A stretch of 64,000 bases of DNA from NCBI GenBank assembly GCA_964016885.1, contig OZ024740.1, forward strand, positions 65,410,001 to 65,474,000. Reading direction: 5' to 3'. The position numbers and the translations under genes were made by a program. Positions 38,309 to 51,223 of the stretch are shown in pieces. Every line of letters starts with the position of its first letter. The stretch's first letter is position 1. Origin of the DNA: Eledone cirrhosa. Taxonomy: Eukaryota. The notes below the pieces were generated by a model. That model worked only from the letters and a program-made list of their open reading frames with translations, was not told the origin of the DNA and did not search any database.

Positions 38309-41245
38309 AAGCTAAACGCATCCTTACCAGCGCGCAAGGCCTACAGAGACCGGATTAGCGAACTAGTTAAGCGGGCGTTGACGGGGGACATCGTCAACAA
38401 CAAGTGGTGGTTTGCTCTGAAAAGAGCAATTAGAATAGAGTCCATTAGGTTTAGTAAGACTTTAGCAATAGAGAAAAATAGAGCAGAGGGAGAATTAGTT
38501 TGAAAATTAGACGAGGCGCTTAGCAAAGGCATCGCGACCGACGTACTTGCGGCGAAATTGGCCCTTGACCAATTCTTCAATGCAAAGCACGAAGGCTGCG
38601 TTGTCAGAGCTGGGTGCGTGCTCTCAGACACGAGGGGACGAAAGCCGTTCAATGGGCCCGAGTGGCGGAGGCGCGTCGGGGCAATAAAGCCACGATCCGG
38701 TCTTTGGTGGACCACGACGGGCGCATGCTACTCGATCCCGGGCAAATGTGTGAAGCTTTTCAGCGACACTTCGCTCAATTGTTCGTGGGCAGTTGCGGGC
38801 CGGATCGAGGGATGGACTCTAGTGTCTACCGCGACGGACTGCCGCGGCTTTCGGCCACTGAGGCGGAATGTTGCAAAAAGCCGATAACAACCGCTGAAGT
38901 ACGGGAGGCAATGACTAGTTGCACAAGGGGTAAATCGCCTGGTTTGGATGGTCTGCCCTATGAACTTTACGTACAAATGCTAGACTTGTTCGGAGGCCTC
39001 TTGGCGGACGTCTACTACAACTGGCAACAGAACGGGAAAATTCCCAGCTCTGTGAGCCGAGGAGCGGTGGCGCTGCTGAGAAAGGATCCGAACAAGGGGA
39101 ATAATATAGATAATGTTAGGCCCATAACTCTGCTAAACACAGAGTTCAAGATTTTGGCCAAGGTGCTAGCAAAGAGGTCGGCGCTTGTCGTTGGTGGTCT
39201 GGTGAGAGAGGCACAGACATGCGCCATTCCCGACAGATCCATCCACGACAACCTCCACCTCATGCGATACATCAGAGAGATGGTAGCTAGGAAACCTGGC
39301 ACGGGTGGGTCTTTGATCAATTTGGATCAGTCGAAAGCCTTCGATAGGGTCGACCATCGTTACCAAGCGGCAGTCCTGAGGGCGGCTGGCTTTGGGCCCG
39401 TCTTCAGAGGCTGGATCGCTGCCATGGACAGCGACATCTGCTCTGTAGTGAGAGTGAACGGTCACCTTTCGGAACCGTTCAACATCATGCGCTCGGTCCG
39501 CCAAGGATGTCCCCTCTCGTCCCTATTGTACGTATTGACTCTCGAACCATTACTGCACAAACTGGAGACGTTAAGGGGGGTCCCGCGCGAACTAGGATGC
39601 GGAAGATCCGTGTCAGCATATGCGGACGATGTCACCGTAGTGGTGTCGAACGCCAAAAACATCGAGGCGATCGGCACTACACTAAGAGAATACGAAGCGG
39701 TGACAGGAGCAATGATCAACCAGGAAAAGTCAGTGGGCCTGCGCCTCGGCACCTGGAGAGCCAGGTCCATGCCGTCCAACAGCGTCGTCGGGCGCTGGAC
39801 TGACGGACCGGTGAAATTGCTAGGGGTCTGGTTCGGTCCAGACCTCCAGACGGACAAAAACTGGGACGAGGTGACGAGCAGGGTGGCTTCTCTCACCCAG
39901 AAATGGGCCGAGAGGAAGCTATCCCTGAAAGGTCGAGCGGAGGTGGTGAATGTGTACATCGCGTCCGTCATCTACTACCACCTGACCGTCGTACCTTGTC
40001 CTAAGCCCCGCCTGACTGCGCTGGAGCGTTTGCTCTTTCGCTTCTTGTGGAAGGGACACGCTCCGATGGTCAGGCGGTACATCTGCTGTCAACACCCGCT
40101 ACATGGAGGGCTGGGCATGCCGTGGCTGATGATGCGCAGACACGCGCTCAGGCTACGACATCTCCACCACTTCCTCGACGGTGATCAGGTGTGGTTGCCG
40201 TTTGCTAGACACGTTTTTCCCCAGCGCGTCTCCTTGACGGAGCTGCAGTCCTGAGTAAAGCGAAGACCGAGAGGGAGCGCTTGGAGACTGGAATGTCTTC
40301 AGGCGCTCACAGCCCTCGACCAATCGAGCAATGTGATCGGTGGAAACTCCACCTCGGCGTTCTATAGGGGATTAGTGGAGGGGAAGAGCGACGACGTACT
40401 TGGAGAAACTCTAGGCGTCGATGAAAATCAACTAGCCAATCTCTTCGGAAGGACTTTCGGGCCGGGGCCTATGGACAACTTCCAGAAATCCCTGGCCTGG
40501 CAGTGCTACCGGGGAGCTTTGCCAGTTCGGGATAAACTCTACAGGCATGGATGTGCCGTCAGCCGGGCATGTCCGAGATGCGCGCAGGGCGACGAAACCG
40601 TCCTGCACGCACTCGTCCACTGTCCGAGCATTGCTGACTTGTGGGTTTATGTCGAACACCTGCTGTCACGTGTAGGACTGATCCAGCTATCAGCTGAGTC
40701 CATCGTGAGGATTGCCCCGCCCTCTTCCTTTAGCCGGGAAGGGCAGGCAGTTTTTATCTGTCTGGTGGCCATGGCGAAAGAGATAGTATGGTGGACACGT
40801 TTGAAAGGGCTGAAGACGAGCACTTACCTCTTCGGTGATGCTCTGATTGACTTTTTCAAATTTCATTTGAAAAGGAAAATCAGAGTAGAGAGGGGAGTGC
40901 TCTCTTCCCAGCATTTTGTTGAAAGATAGGTGAGAGAAGCAAGAATGGCCCGAGTGAATGGGCCTACTCTGAGTATATATCTGTAAGTTAAAGGTGGAAA
41001 ACTGGGAGAGGGCACTTGCCTTGGTGGTCAGGGTCATTGTGGCTTTTTACTGGGCTTTCTCCACAAATGTCCCTCCGAAGTCTCCCCCCTATTGGGGAAT
41101 TTTTCATTGTTATTTTCATTGTTATTTTTGTTACATCCTCTGTTTTTGTTTTTTACACGCAGAAATGCCCATTTGTACCGTCCTGCATTGTCCTGCACTG
41201 TCCTTAATGTCTACTTTATGTAAACCCTTGTGGTTAATAAAGAAA

Positions 41246-41296
<51 letters not shown>
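38305..41296 (+). mobile_element. Tx1/L1-clade LINE, copy C, 5'-truncated, with (TTA)n tail
   Basis: Begins at the WKLN motif. RT ORF 38614-40254 (YADD), zinc finger 40333-40929, tail 41248-41296. Confidence 0.92.
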
Positions 41297-41297
<1 letters not shown>

Positions 41298-41544
41298 AGT
41301 TGCATTTATCTTGCTTTATGTTCATACGAGTTATCACCAAGTCACAACCAGTGACCTCAAGAGACAACAAGGTCCGCCATGTTCAAGAAAGAACATACAT
41401 ACTCACACATGCATCTTTAGTGTTTAGACTTGTGATGTACTTATATTGACAGAATCTTCCTTAGTATATGGGTAGATCCCATTAGTACTATCTTTTGTAT
41501 TTCTCCTATACGCGGGTTTCCTTGGATTTGCAATAAGTAATCAT
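41297..41544 (-). mobile_element. 3'-terminal ~250 bp of Dong-like family 1
   Basis: Matches about 10295-10541. Tail-to-tail with Tx1 copy C. Confidence 0.9.
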
Positions 41545-44314
41545 GTCTGTGGATCTCTAAATTCAGTTTTCTCAAAGAAGGTTCTATGAAGGGATTTTTC
41601 CTGAAGGCTGCTCTTTCTCCTTGATGTTATTTCCTCCATGGACATCCCCTTGTCTCTTGTCCCCTCCTTCAGAACAGTTCTGAGCATCGGCTCCTTACTA
41701 TCAGTCACGTATTTGTGTAGGTTTTTTTTCTCCATCTGAACACAGTCCTCTATGCTGATAAGACCTCTTCCAACTTCAGATCTCCTTAAGTAGAGTCTAT
41801 CGACATCACTCCTCTTGTGGAACAGGTTGTAGATAGTCAATAGCTTCCTAGTCTTCCTATCCATTTCTTTTTGTTCAGCAACCTTCCGTCTCAGAATTCC
41901 CGCACTGTACCTAATAATAGACACAGCTCGGGAATTTACTGCACTTATGGTATTCCTACCGTTCAGATGTGACTTTAATACGCTCCTTACTCTCCGAATG
42001 TATTCAGTTCTTATCAATTCCTTCATTTCTTTGTTCTTGATGTCATCAGCCTCCAGAATACCCAAATACTTGTATCCTTCTTCAGTGTCAATTTCCTTTA
42101 TCATTTTACCTGTTGGTACCTTGATTCCTTCACTTCTGCTCCATTTACCCCTCTTCATCACAATGACTCCACACTTACTAATACCAAATTGCATACATAT
42201 ATCATTGCTGAAAATACGGACAGTGTGAACAAGCACATCCAACTCCTTCTCACTCTTTCCGAAGAGCTTTGAATCGTCCATGAAGAGGAGGTGATTGATT
42301 GTAAGCTCTCCCTTTCCAAACCCGTATCCTGCTGTCACTTTTCGCAGTACACTGGTCAGGCGCATCAGGGCAAGGACAAACAACAGAGGGGACAGACTAT
42401 ATCCCTGGAAGATACCTCTCTTGATCTTCACGCTCCCAAGGATTCTCCAGTTGATGTTAACTCTTTTTCCCAGGACTTCATACTTTTTCCCAACAACTGT
42501 CTGATGTTATCTGCCACCTTGAAGATCTCCAGTCTTTTGGTGATACAAGAATGAGGCACCATGTCAAATGGCTTTTTGTAGTCTATGCATCCCATGGCAA
42601 AGACCAGTGTGTCTCCTCTTCAAATTCCTCATTACCATCTTATCAATAAGTAACTGGTCCTTTGTACCACGTGACTTCTTTCGGCATCCTTTCTGTTCGT
42701 CCGGTAACAAGTTGTTTGTGGGAGGTGGTGGTAGATTTCCTCAGACATAATGCTTCTCAACAGTTTCCACATTACGGAATGACATGTGATAGGTCTATAG
42801 TTAGTAACATCATTACCGTTGATTCGGTCTTTCATTATCAGAACTGTGGTACCTTTTGTCAACCACTCTGGTACCTCACCTGACATCAAGCAGTCATTGA
42901 ACATGGTTGTCAGTTTCGGGTGGAGGGGTGTTATATTTTTAATCCAATACCCCTGCACACCATCTGGGCCTGGTGATTTCTAGTTGGTTAGCTTTTTGGC
43001 CTGCCCCTTAAGAGTTTCAACTGTGATACTCAAATCAGTTTGTTGGTGTGCCTGTTCACTAATCTCCTTCTGTACTGTCTCAATCCACACTGCCTGGTCA
43101 TTATGTTTAACATCCTCCTCCCATATTCCTCTCCAGAATGTTTTAGTTTGTTCCGCCTCAGGGATCAAGTCGTTGCCTCTTTCTTTCCCTTCAAGCTGTC
43201 CAAACATCATCTTCTGGCTGTTGTCGAACATGCGGTTCTGTCTATACTATCCGTCTCTGTTCTCGTATCGCCTGATTTTTGTACTTTTGGCTACAATGCG
43301 TTGCTTCAGTTCCTCTATGATAATATTTAGCTTTTTCCTCCTAGTTTTGTACTTTATTTCCAGTCTATTTTCAGTGTCTATGTTTTTTAGTGTCCCATTC
43401 AGTAGGGATTCAAGCTTTCCAATGTCATATCTCATTTCCCTGACTTGACCACTCAGTCGTTTCTTCCACCAAGTCTCTGATCTTTCTTATCTGTTGTTTC
43501 CTCTCGCTCTTATACCAAGTAGTTTCCTCGACGTATTTGCTGTTGCTTTGAGGATATTGTTGCACTGGTGAAGGCTCCTCGCCTCAAGGTATGGGATGAC
43601 TTTGTTTACCTTAGCTGTTGTTCCTTTTAAATTTTTCCTGTCTACAAATCTTAGGTTCACAGGTTTCCCACTATCATTGTTCAATTCATCTACCACTAAG
43701 TAAAGGATATCAACCAAATCTTGTCCTAGCCCGTCAGCATTCATCTCCTCAGTGGCCGTATCTCTGTTCCAGGTATTATTTATCTCAGCATTCAGATCAT
43801 TGTTTGCTTCTGGTGGTTCCTCCGTTCTCTCGACCTCTTCACCTTCATTTCCCACTGGCTCGTTTGCCTGGCATACGCCACTCTCCATCTCCAAGCTAAT
43901 CTTTCTGCTCAGTTCCTCCAGTTCCAGCTCTCTTATCCACCCATTAGTTCTTATTACCCGAGCCTGCCCGGCCAATTTTTGTTCATCTAATTTAAATAGA
44001 CCAATCTCGTTCCAGATGTTATGCATCCGTTTCCTATAGCCTTTCTCCTTGGGGTTACTCTTCAGGTAACATTGCATAACAGTTCTATTCTATTATTTCG
44101 TCCCGTTGGTTTGGTTCCTTTCCTTCTTCTTCTTCCTCCGACACCAGCAGTATTTGGTTGACAGCCAGGTCCCTGCTGCTGAGCCAGGGAGCACATGTTG
44201 GGTGAGAGTCTGTCACATGACATTCTAGTCTCCATTTCACCGTTTTTTGAACTGTTTAGGTTCGACATTTAAACACTCTTATCGAGTATTGGCGAATGTA
44301 TGGTTACATAACCA
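41542..44314 (-). mobile_element. R4/Dong-like family 2, second copy, decayed and 3'-truncated
   Basis: Reverse-complement homolog of about 33930-36705. Fragmented ORFs with YRPITC, FMDD and YKYLG. Confidence 0.9.
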
Positions 44315-45650
44315 CCGGTGATATCATCACCTCCGGTGATTTCGTCACTCCCGGTGATTTTTGTGTGGCATTATCACGCTGTAGACGAACATAAATAAAC
44401 AAACAAACAGGCAAAAAAACAACAACCCAAAAGTGAATAAGCATAAGTTTCATTGTAATGTAATGTTTGAATGTCTGACTTAGTTTTTCCCTTCCCTTCT
44501 CTGTCCGTCTGTTTGTTTTTCTCTTCATTTTTATTTTCTTTACGTTTTTCGTTGTTGCTGTGCTGCTTTGATTTTGATTTTTGGTTTTTTGATTTTGACC
44601 GGGTCATCAATTCAGTCTATTTATATATTTTGATGCCTTCCTCTTTTAGTGGGTGACTACGATGTAGCATGGGGTAGCGGGAGAGAATAGCGGCGGTAGT
44701 GATAATGAGGTAGTGGTGGTGGTGGTGGTGGTGGCGGTTCTGTGCTAGCAGCACATAGCAGGAGGTCGTGGGAGAGAATAGCGGTAGTAGCGATAATGAG
44801 GCAGTAGTGGTGGTGATGTGATCGTAGTACTGTAGTGATGGTGTTGAAGTTGGAGTAGAAATAGCGGTTGAGGCGACTTGACCATAGTTTTCATCGTGGT
44901 AGTGGCGGTGGTATTGGTGGTGAAATTATCTTTAGCTATTTAGTTATTTAGTCATTTTGTAATTTTTCTCCTTTTCGACTCTAACATTCCTGATCCAAAA
45001 TTAAATATTAATCTTGTTTATTAATATTATCTAGTGATACCGCCACCTTCCCCTTTCGTAAGTTAACAGAAAGTAATGGGGGAATAGCGGTGGTAGCAAT
45101 GAAGGAGTGGTGGCGGCGGTGATGGGATAGTGGTAGTATTGATGGATGGGTGGTGGCGGCGGTGACTGTAGTGATGGCGTTGTCGTTACTGAGTTTTGTT
45201 GAATAGACTGTATTTTTGTTTGATCGGTGAATCTATGGGGTTAGTCGCGTATATGTGTTGACATATTTCCATAATATTGGAATTAAACATTTTGTGAAGA
45301 CTTGAGACAATAATAATAGCAATTATAATTATTATGCTGGGATTCGTGGTGGTGGTGGTGAAATTGACGTTATCTGCCTGTTGTATTTAGTGTACACAGA
45401 GGGGGTGGTTTTCTTCCATTTATAACCATTTTCTTTTTTGAATGTAAAATGTATATTACGAAATTGAATATTTGAGCGATATAACAATATATTATGGATC
45501 CGAATCTTCCTGAGGTTTGAGTCGGATGCTTTATGCATCATTTATACTAAGAATTGTTATTTCACAATTGATTTAAATATGTTAAAAATCAAAAACTTAC
45601 GGGAGCGATTTCGTGACCTTCTTTCCACCATGTGCGTCTTCTTCCCTATT
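44315..45650. repeat. Unclassified element, longer version of the 14561-15155 repeat, with short tandem units and (GGT)-rich blocks
   Basis: 45032-45650 aligns to 14561-15155. CCGGTGAT-containing ~18-bp units at 44313-44362. Duplicated GGGAGAGAATAGCGG blocks. Confidence 0.65.
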
Positions 45651-45659
45651 ATTCTTCCC

Positions 45660-45694
<35 letters not shown>

Positions 45695-45695
<1 letters not shown>

Positions 45696-46852
45696 AGTTG
45701 CATGTATCTTGCTTTATGTTCATACGAGATATCACCAAGTCACAACCAGTGACCTCAAGAGACAACAAGGTCCGCCATGTTCAAGAACGAACATACATAC
45801 TCACACACGCATCTTTAGTGTTTAGACTTGTGATGTACTTATATTGACAGAATCTTCCTTAGTATATGGGCAGTTCCCATTAGTACTATCTTTTGTATTT
45901 CTCATATACGCGGGTTTCCTGAGATTTGCGATAAGTAATCATTAGACCCCTTAGGTATCATTCCCAGAGCGCCTACAACCACTGGTATTGTTTTAGTTCT
46001 CAATTTCCACATTTTTCCAATTTCTATCGCCAGGTCCTTATACTTGCTCAATTTTTCAAATGTTTTTATAGATACATTCTTGTCTATTGGAACAGACATA
46101 TCAATTAGCAGGCATACCCACTTTTTAAAGTCCTTCAATATTATATCAGGTCTATTTGCATCTATTTTTCGGTCTGTTTGGATGCTAAAGTTCCACAAGA
46201 TTGAGATGTGATCTTTTTCAAGTATGGGAGGTGGTTGATGCTCCCACCAATTCTTTTGATGGGGCAGGTCAAAATGCTTACACATTATCCAATGTATGTA
46301 TTGTGCAGCTCTGTCATGCCTGTTTAGGTATTCGGTTGGAGCTATAGGACTGCACATTGAAATTATATGGTCAATGGTCTCTGGTAGTTTTTTGCATACA
46401 CGGCATAATGGGCTGCATCCATTTTTTATTATGTTGGCTTGGTAATTTCATGTTAGCAGACACTGATCTTGTGCTGATATAATCAGTCCTTCAGTCTCCG
46501 ATTTCAGTCCAGAGGATGCCAACCACTGATGGGTTAAAGTTTTGTCACCATCAGGATTGTTAGCTCGCTCTGGGTATTTTCCATACAGAGGCTTTTCTTG
46601 CCATTTCTTAGCCAATTTCTGTAGCAGTTCTTTCTTTGCAGTTACCTTTACCTGCTTTGCTTTTTCTGTGTTTTCCATTTTAGCAGTAAATGGGACTTCT
46701 GAAATTTGTAGTCCATTACTGTATCTTTGTGCATCTTTTGAAATGGAATATGATCTTTTGATGCTTTCGTGTTTCAAAACGAGTTTGATCATCCAATCAT
46801 GTGATTCCCTTAGATATGTAGATAATCCAATTGTTCCAGTTTTCAACGCCAT
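45695..46852 (-). mobile_element. 5'-truncated Dong-like family 1 copy with TTA/TAA tracts on both sides
   Basis: Endonuclease ORF 45902-46357 (RHD, RPDII, EKLSKYKDL). (TTA)n at 45660-45694 and 46857-46928. Confidence 0.92.
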
Positions 46853-46855
46853 GAC

Positions 46856-46907
<52 letters not shown>

Positions 46908-47059
46908 GTTATTATTATTATTATTATTGATATTTTTACTAATATTCATATTGCAGTTTTATCTTTTGCTAATACTGTTGATGATATTACTGTTTGTTTC
47001 GATATACTTTATATAGTTACCGAGGTTAAATAAGATGACAGTGATGACGATTATTATTA

Positions 47060-47116
<57 letters not shown>

Positions 47117-47416
47117 GTTCCTTACATTAAATTATAATTACACTCCTTATTCGTCACATATATTGAAACTATGTTGACTTTCTTTAAATAACGTCTTCCT
47201 TGTGAAATTTGTGGTCTTGTCTTTATTTAACTAATGAATATTTCCAGCTGTGTGCATCTAATCTCTGCATGAACCCAGCCATATAGCTGCCTTCCACTGC
47301 TTATTGCATATTGAGCACATGCCTTTACGCTTTTGGCTTCTAACAGATTCACCAATATTTCTTCTCCTCGCCTATATCCATCTCTCCCTTTAAGATTGAT
47401 ATACTCTTGTACCCTG
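47117..47416 (-). repeat. Copy of the (TA)n-to-(TAA)n repeat
   Basis: Reverse-complement homolog of 22215-22490 and 33704-33823. (TTA)n on the left, (TA)n on the right. Confidence 0.75.
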
Positions 47417-47421
47417 TATAT

Positions 47422-47513
<92 letters not shown>

Positions 47514-47885
47514 ATACTTGGGGAGGGTCATATTTGTGTAATATTGCCAGAATTAATAACAGAACACACTCACTGTTTGGTTGGTTTTCGCTTTTCGCTT
47601 CTGTGTCATTTATATCGGTAATCTAATATACTCGGTCCTCAATGTTGCCATTGACTGACCGACGGTCTAAAATAATACAGATACAATATAGACACAAACA
47701 CATATATAGTTTATCATAAATCTTACGTTGCATATTTGCAACATCGTCGGTGGTGCTATTGTTTCCTCCTGTTGAATTGTATGGCTACGCTCTTTTTATT
47801 CAGTCTGTCTATATATTTATTTATTTATTTATTTTATTTGAGCATATATATATTTAAAATAATAGAGGTGTAACTCACAAGTTAT

Positions 47886-48267
47886 TATATATTGGTAAAT
47901 GGAATAGGAAATGCTGACAAATTGTTCACAGTGAAAAATAGTTTAATTAGGAATAAGTGAGAATTAGTAATAGTATTGGTTAGCATTCAGTTTTGGTTTT
48001 AAGTTTTACCGGTTGCGCATTTCTAATGCTTTTCAAAAATAATTTTGAGATAGAGCGTCCGTGATGTTTGCTCTGATCAGAGCAAACATCACGGACGCTC
48101 TATCTCAAAATTATTTTTGAAAAGCATTAGAAATGCGCAACCGGTAAAACTTAAAACCAAAACTGAATACTAACCAATACTATTACTAATTCTCACTTAT
48201 TCCTAATTAAACTAGCTTTCACTGTAAACAATTTGTCAGCATTTTCTATTCCGTTTACCAATATATA
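47886..48267. repeat. Spacerless palindrome, arms about 190 bp
   Basis: Centre TTTGCTCTGA|TCAGAGCAAA at 48076/48077. A few mismatches in the outer half of the arms. Confidence 0.95.
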
Positions 48268-48282
48268 TATATATATATATAT

Positions 48283-48325
<43 letters not shown>

Positions 48326-48734
48326 GAGAGAGACAGAGAAAAGTGGTTATACAACAGTTAGTTCACCATACCGAGAACAATTGGTTCACCTTAGCAGATC
48401 CTCACCTCGTAATGGACATGGCTATACGGAACAGGAAGGCCAACCATACGAACGCGCATGCGCAGAAGCGATCAATTCACAGGCAATACTAAAATGCGTG
48501 CGAGAGGTGTGAGGGTGATAACTGCGAAAGTCCGAAACGTTTTCAGTTGATAAGAAAATTAGGATGTTGTAGTTATTCTATCCGGAGTTTTGTAGTTACT
48601 TAAGAGATATTTCCAGACGTGTGGACAACGTGTGAAGAATTCATTTCTCGTGTTTAGTCAATCGCTATTGAATTATCTGTTTAGGATATTTATTCGTTCA
48701 TCAATACATAGTCCACCAGGTTGCTCTTGCCGTA

Positions 48735-49080
48735 AGCCTGAAGTTTGTCCCCTTCAACAGCAATGCATCACATCTGCTGTAGTTTAGGAAGCTGAGGTCT
48801 CTTCCAACCGACGGAATCAACCACAGGAGGTCAAATGCTATGTGACTATGGCGGAAGGCCGATTTAAGAAACGCTTCCTGAACCACTAGTCGAACTTTAG
48901 GTACCCGGAGAGACATTCATCCACGAAACTCACGAGCCACGTATGGTCCCTCAAGGACTCAAGTATAGACTACTCCATCCAATTGAAAACCATCACTAAG
49001 TCCAAGCCATACGCAAGGGAAATCCGTCGTGTGAACTATGTATTGATGAACGAATAAATATCCTAAAGAGATTATGCAAC
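48735..49080 (+). pseudogene. Decayed Penelope GIY-YIG fragment
   Basis: Translates in pieces to CPFNSN, FKKRFLNH, STKLTSHVWSLKD and CELCIDERINIL, matching the motif order in 28234-29226. Confidence 0.75.
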
Positions 49081-49538
49081 ATAGTGGGTAATACAAAACA
49101 ATTCAGGACCCCGACGGCTGAGATCCGGCTGTTTCGACAGCTAGAAGCCGTCATGTGCCTGAACCTTTATATATATATATGTAAAATATATACAGTGACT
49201 GATCGGCCTGATTTGCATATTAGCAGGCTGGCTGATCAGTCAGATCTGCGTATTAGCAAATCCACTGATCAGCCAGATTTGCATATGTGCAGACTGTTCA
49301 GTCAGTTTCCAGTATACGAGCGATAAATGGCCATCTTTGCCACATCTAAATGAAAAAAAACATTGTTCGCTCTACATGGCTGAATACAATAAATGTAATC
49401 TGAGTTTTTCAAATATTAATAACAATGATCTGGCTGATCAGCCAGGCTGCTAATTTGCAAATCAGGCCGATTTGTCACCGTATATTTTAGAAAATAGCAT
49501 ATATTTTCACTAGCTCTGACAGTTGGCAGGTGAACAGT

Positions 49539-49588
49539 GAGCTGTACTGATGAAGGGTGATACCTAGAAACATCAGTGTCTTCAGTTC
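49539..49588 (+). ncRNA. Type I hammerhead ribozyme-like motif (predicted)
   Basis: GAGCTGTA-CTGATGA-AGGgtgataCCT-A-GAAA-CAtcagTG-TC-TTCAGTTC. GUC triplet, one extra A before GAAA, one mismatch in stem I. Lies downstream of the GIY-YIG remnant. Confidence 0.65.
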
Positions 49589-49689
49589 TGTTTACATACC
49601 AACACAAGAGCAAGAATGAAGGGTTCATACTAATGACATGGCTTTAAAAATAAGGCATGTTTGCATAATTGCAAACGAATCGAATGTTA

Positions 49690-49812
49690 TTCTGAGTTCA
49701 AATCCCGCCGAGGTTAACTTTGCCTTTCATCCATACAGAGGTCAATAAATTAAAGTACCAGTAATGTACCGGGTAATTGCTGGCCTTGTGCCAAACGTAG
49801 AAACAATTATTA
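49690..49812 (+). mobile_element. tRNA-type SINE, 5'-truncated
   Basis: B-box GAGTTCAAATCC followed by the shared CCGAGGTTAACTTTGCCTTTCATCC core. Confidence 0.8.
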
Positions 49813-50359
49813 ATATTCGAAACACTCAGATTATATTTATTGTATTCAGCCATGTAGAGCGAAAATGTATATATATATATATGGGTGACGACGTTCAGAG
49901 ATTGATTACTTAATTGCTTTACGCTCGTTTCAGAGGTTGATAGGCCATCATGATATCAATATACTGACTAACGCCTTTATTGAACTTCACACCTTAATAT
50001 ATCCCTCTCACCGTCCTCGTCAAAATATAGACTATATTGATAAGAACATGGTCAATCAACTTTCTGAAACGATTGTATAACCATGAATTAATTAAGCATT
50101 AAACATAGCCTTTTATTATTTCATTGCTCAACCTAAATATATGACTCTCCATCTAGATACCATGTTCAAAGAAATCTAACGTAATGATATCCCACCCCAA
50201 ATCAAAATTACTTACCCCCTGTTGGACTTTTACTACCGTACTTCTTGGGCTACTAACAGTGTTATTGGTCCTATTATAGACATCTACATGCCAGTAGAGA
50301 TGCAGTTTGGCCAACGCAATGTGAGTGCTATCCAATAGATCAAAATGGCGTAGACTTTG

Positions 50360-50405
<46 letters not shown>

Positions 50406-50486
50406 CGAAGGAGGTGTAGTAAGGAACCAGATGGACCATAATGCACCCGAGTATTCAATACTTAGGGTAGTAGAGTGGGTAATAGC

Positions 50487-50595
50487 AAAATGTTTGACCC
50501 CGACGGCAGAGCTCAAGCCGTTTCGACGGCTATTTCTGGACTCCCGAAATAGTCGTCGAAACGGCTTGAGCTCTGCCGTCGGGGTCAAACATTTT
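50487..50595. repeat. GC-rich hairpin, 50-bp arms and 9-nt loop
   Basis: AAAATGTTTGACCCCGACGGCAGAGCTCAAGCCGTTTCGACGGCTATTTC, loop TGGACTCCC, then the reverse complement with one mismatch. Confidence 0.92.
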
Positions 50596-51162
50596 CCTCT
50601 CTCTCTGTAGATATGTGCAAGGAATCTGCCCAGTTTTATTATCTATTAATTTCGCATACATAGTAGTGGCCAGATTGCGTCTATCGACGAAGGCACTCGG
50701 TTTATATGGTGTACAGTTTGAATCAATGTATTTAAACATATGTTTAAAAAGCAGTCTTTATTTTATTTCTAGAATGCCGACGTTGGATTGAGATTTTCAC
50801 AATAGATATGATTAGGAAGAGCTAAGAATGCATAACTTACATCACGGAAAACCCAGAAAGTAATTCGCAGAGAGTAATAAATATATCAAGAATATATGTA
50901 AACGACAAGTGAAGACTGATACTGTTTAATGTATCGGCTGAGTATAATTGAATCTCTGTGGCATCTTACATATCAATGATTTAAAATCCGGGTAGCAAAC
51001 GTTAATGGTATTGTTTTCTGATTGAAGAAACTATTGGATTTATGTGAAACGTGTTTTCGAATTAAATATATATTTTTATGGTCTCAAATGTATGGTTTAT
51101 GTATGCAAGATTTGAAGCAGTGAATCTATTCTTTCTTGCTATTATGTTTAGTACTTTAGTAC

Positions 51163-51223
<61 letters not shown>

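Noticed and set aside
49195-49300. Regularly spaced ~30-bp repeats resembling an array
   Set aside because: Degenerate tandem units with no unique spacers, in a eukaryotic context with no cas genes.
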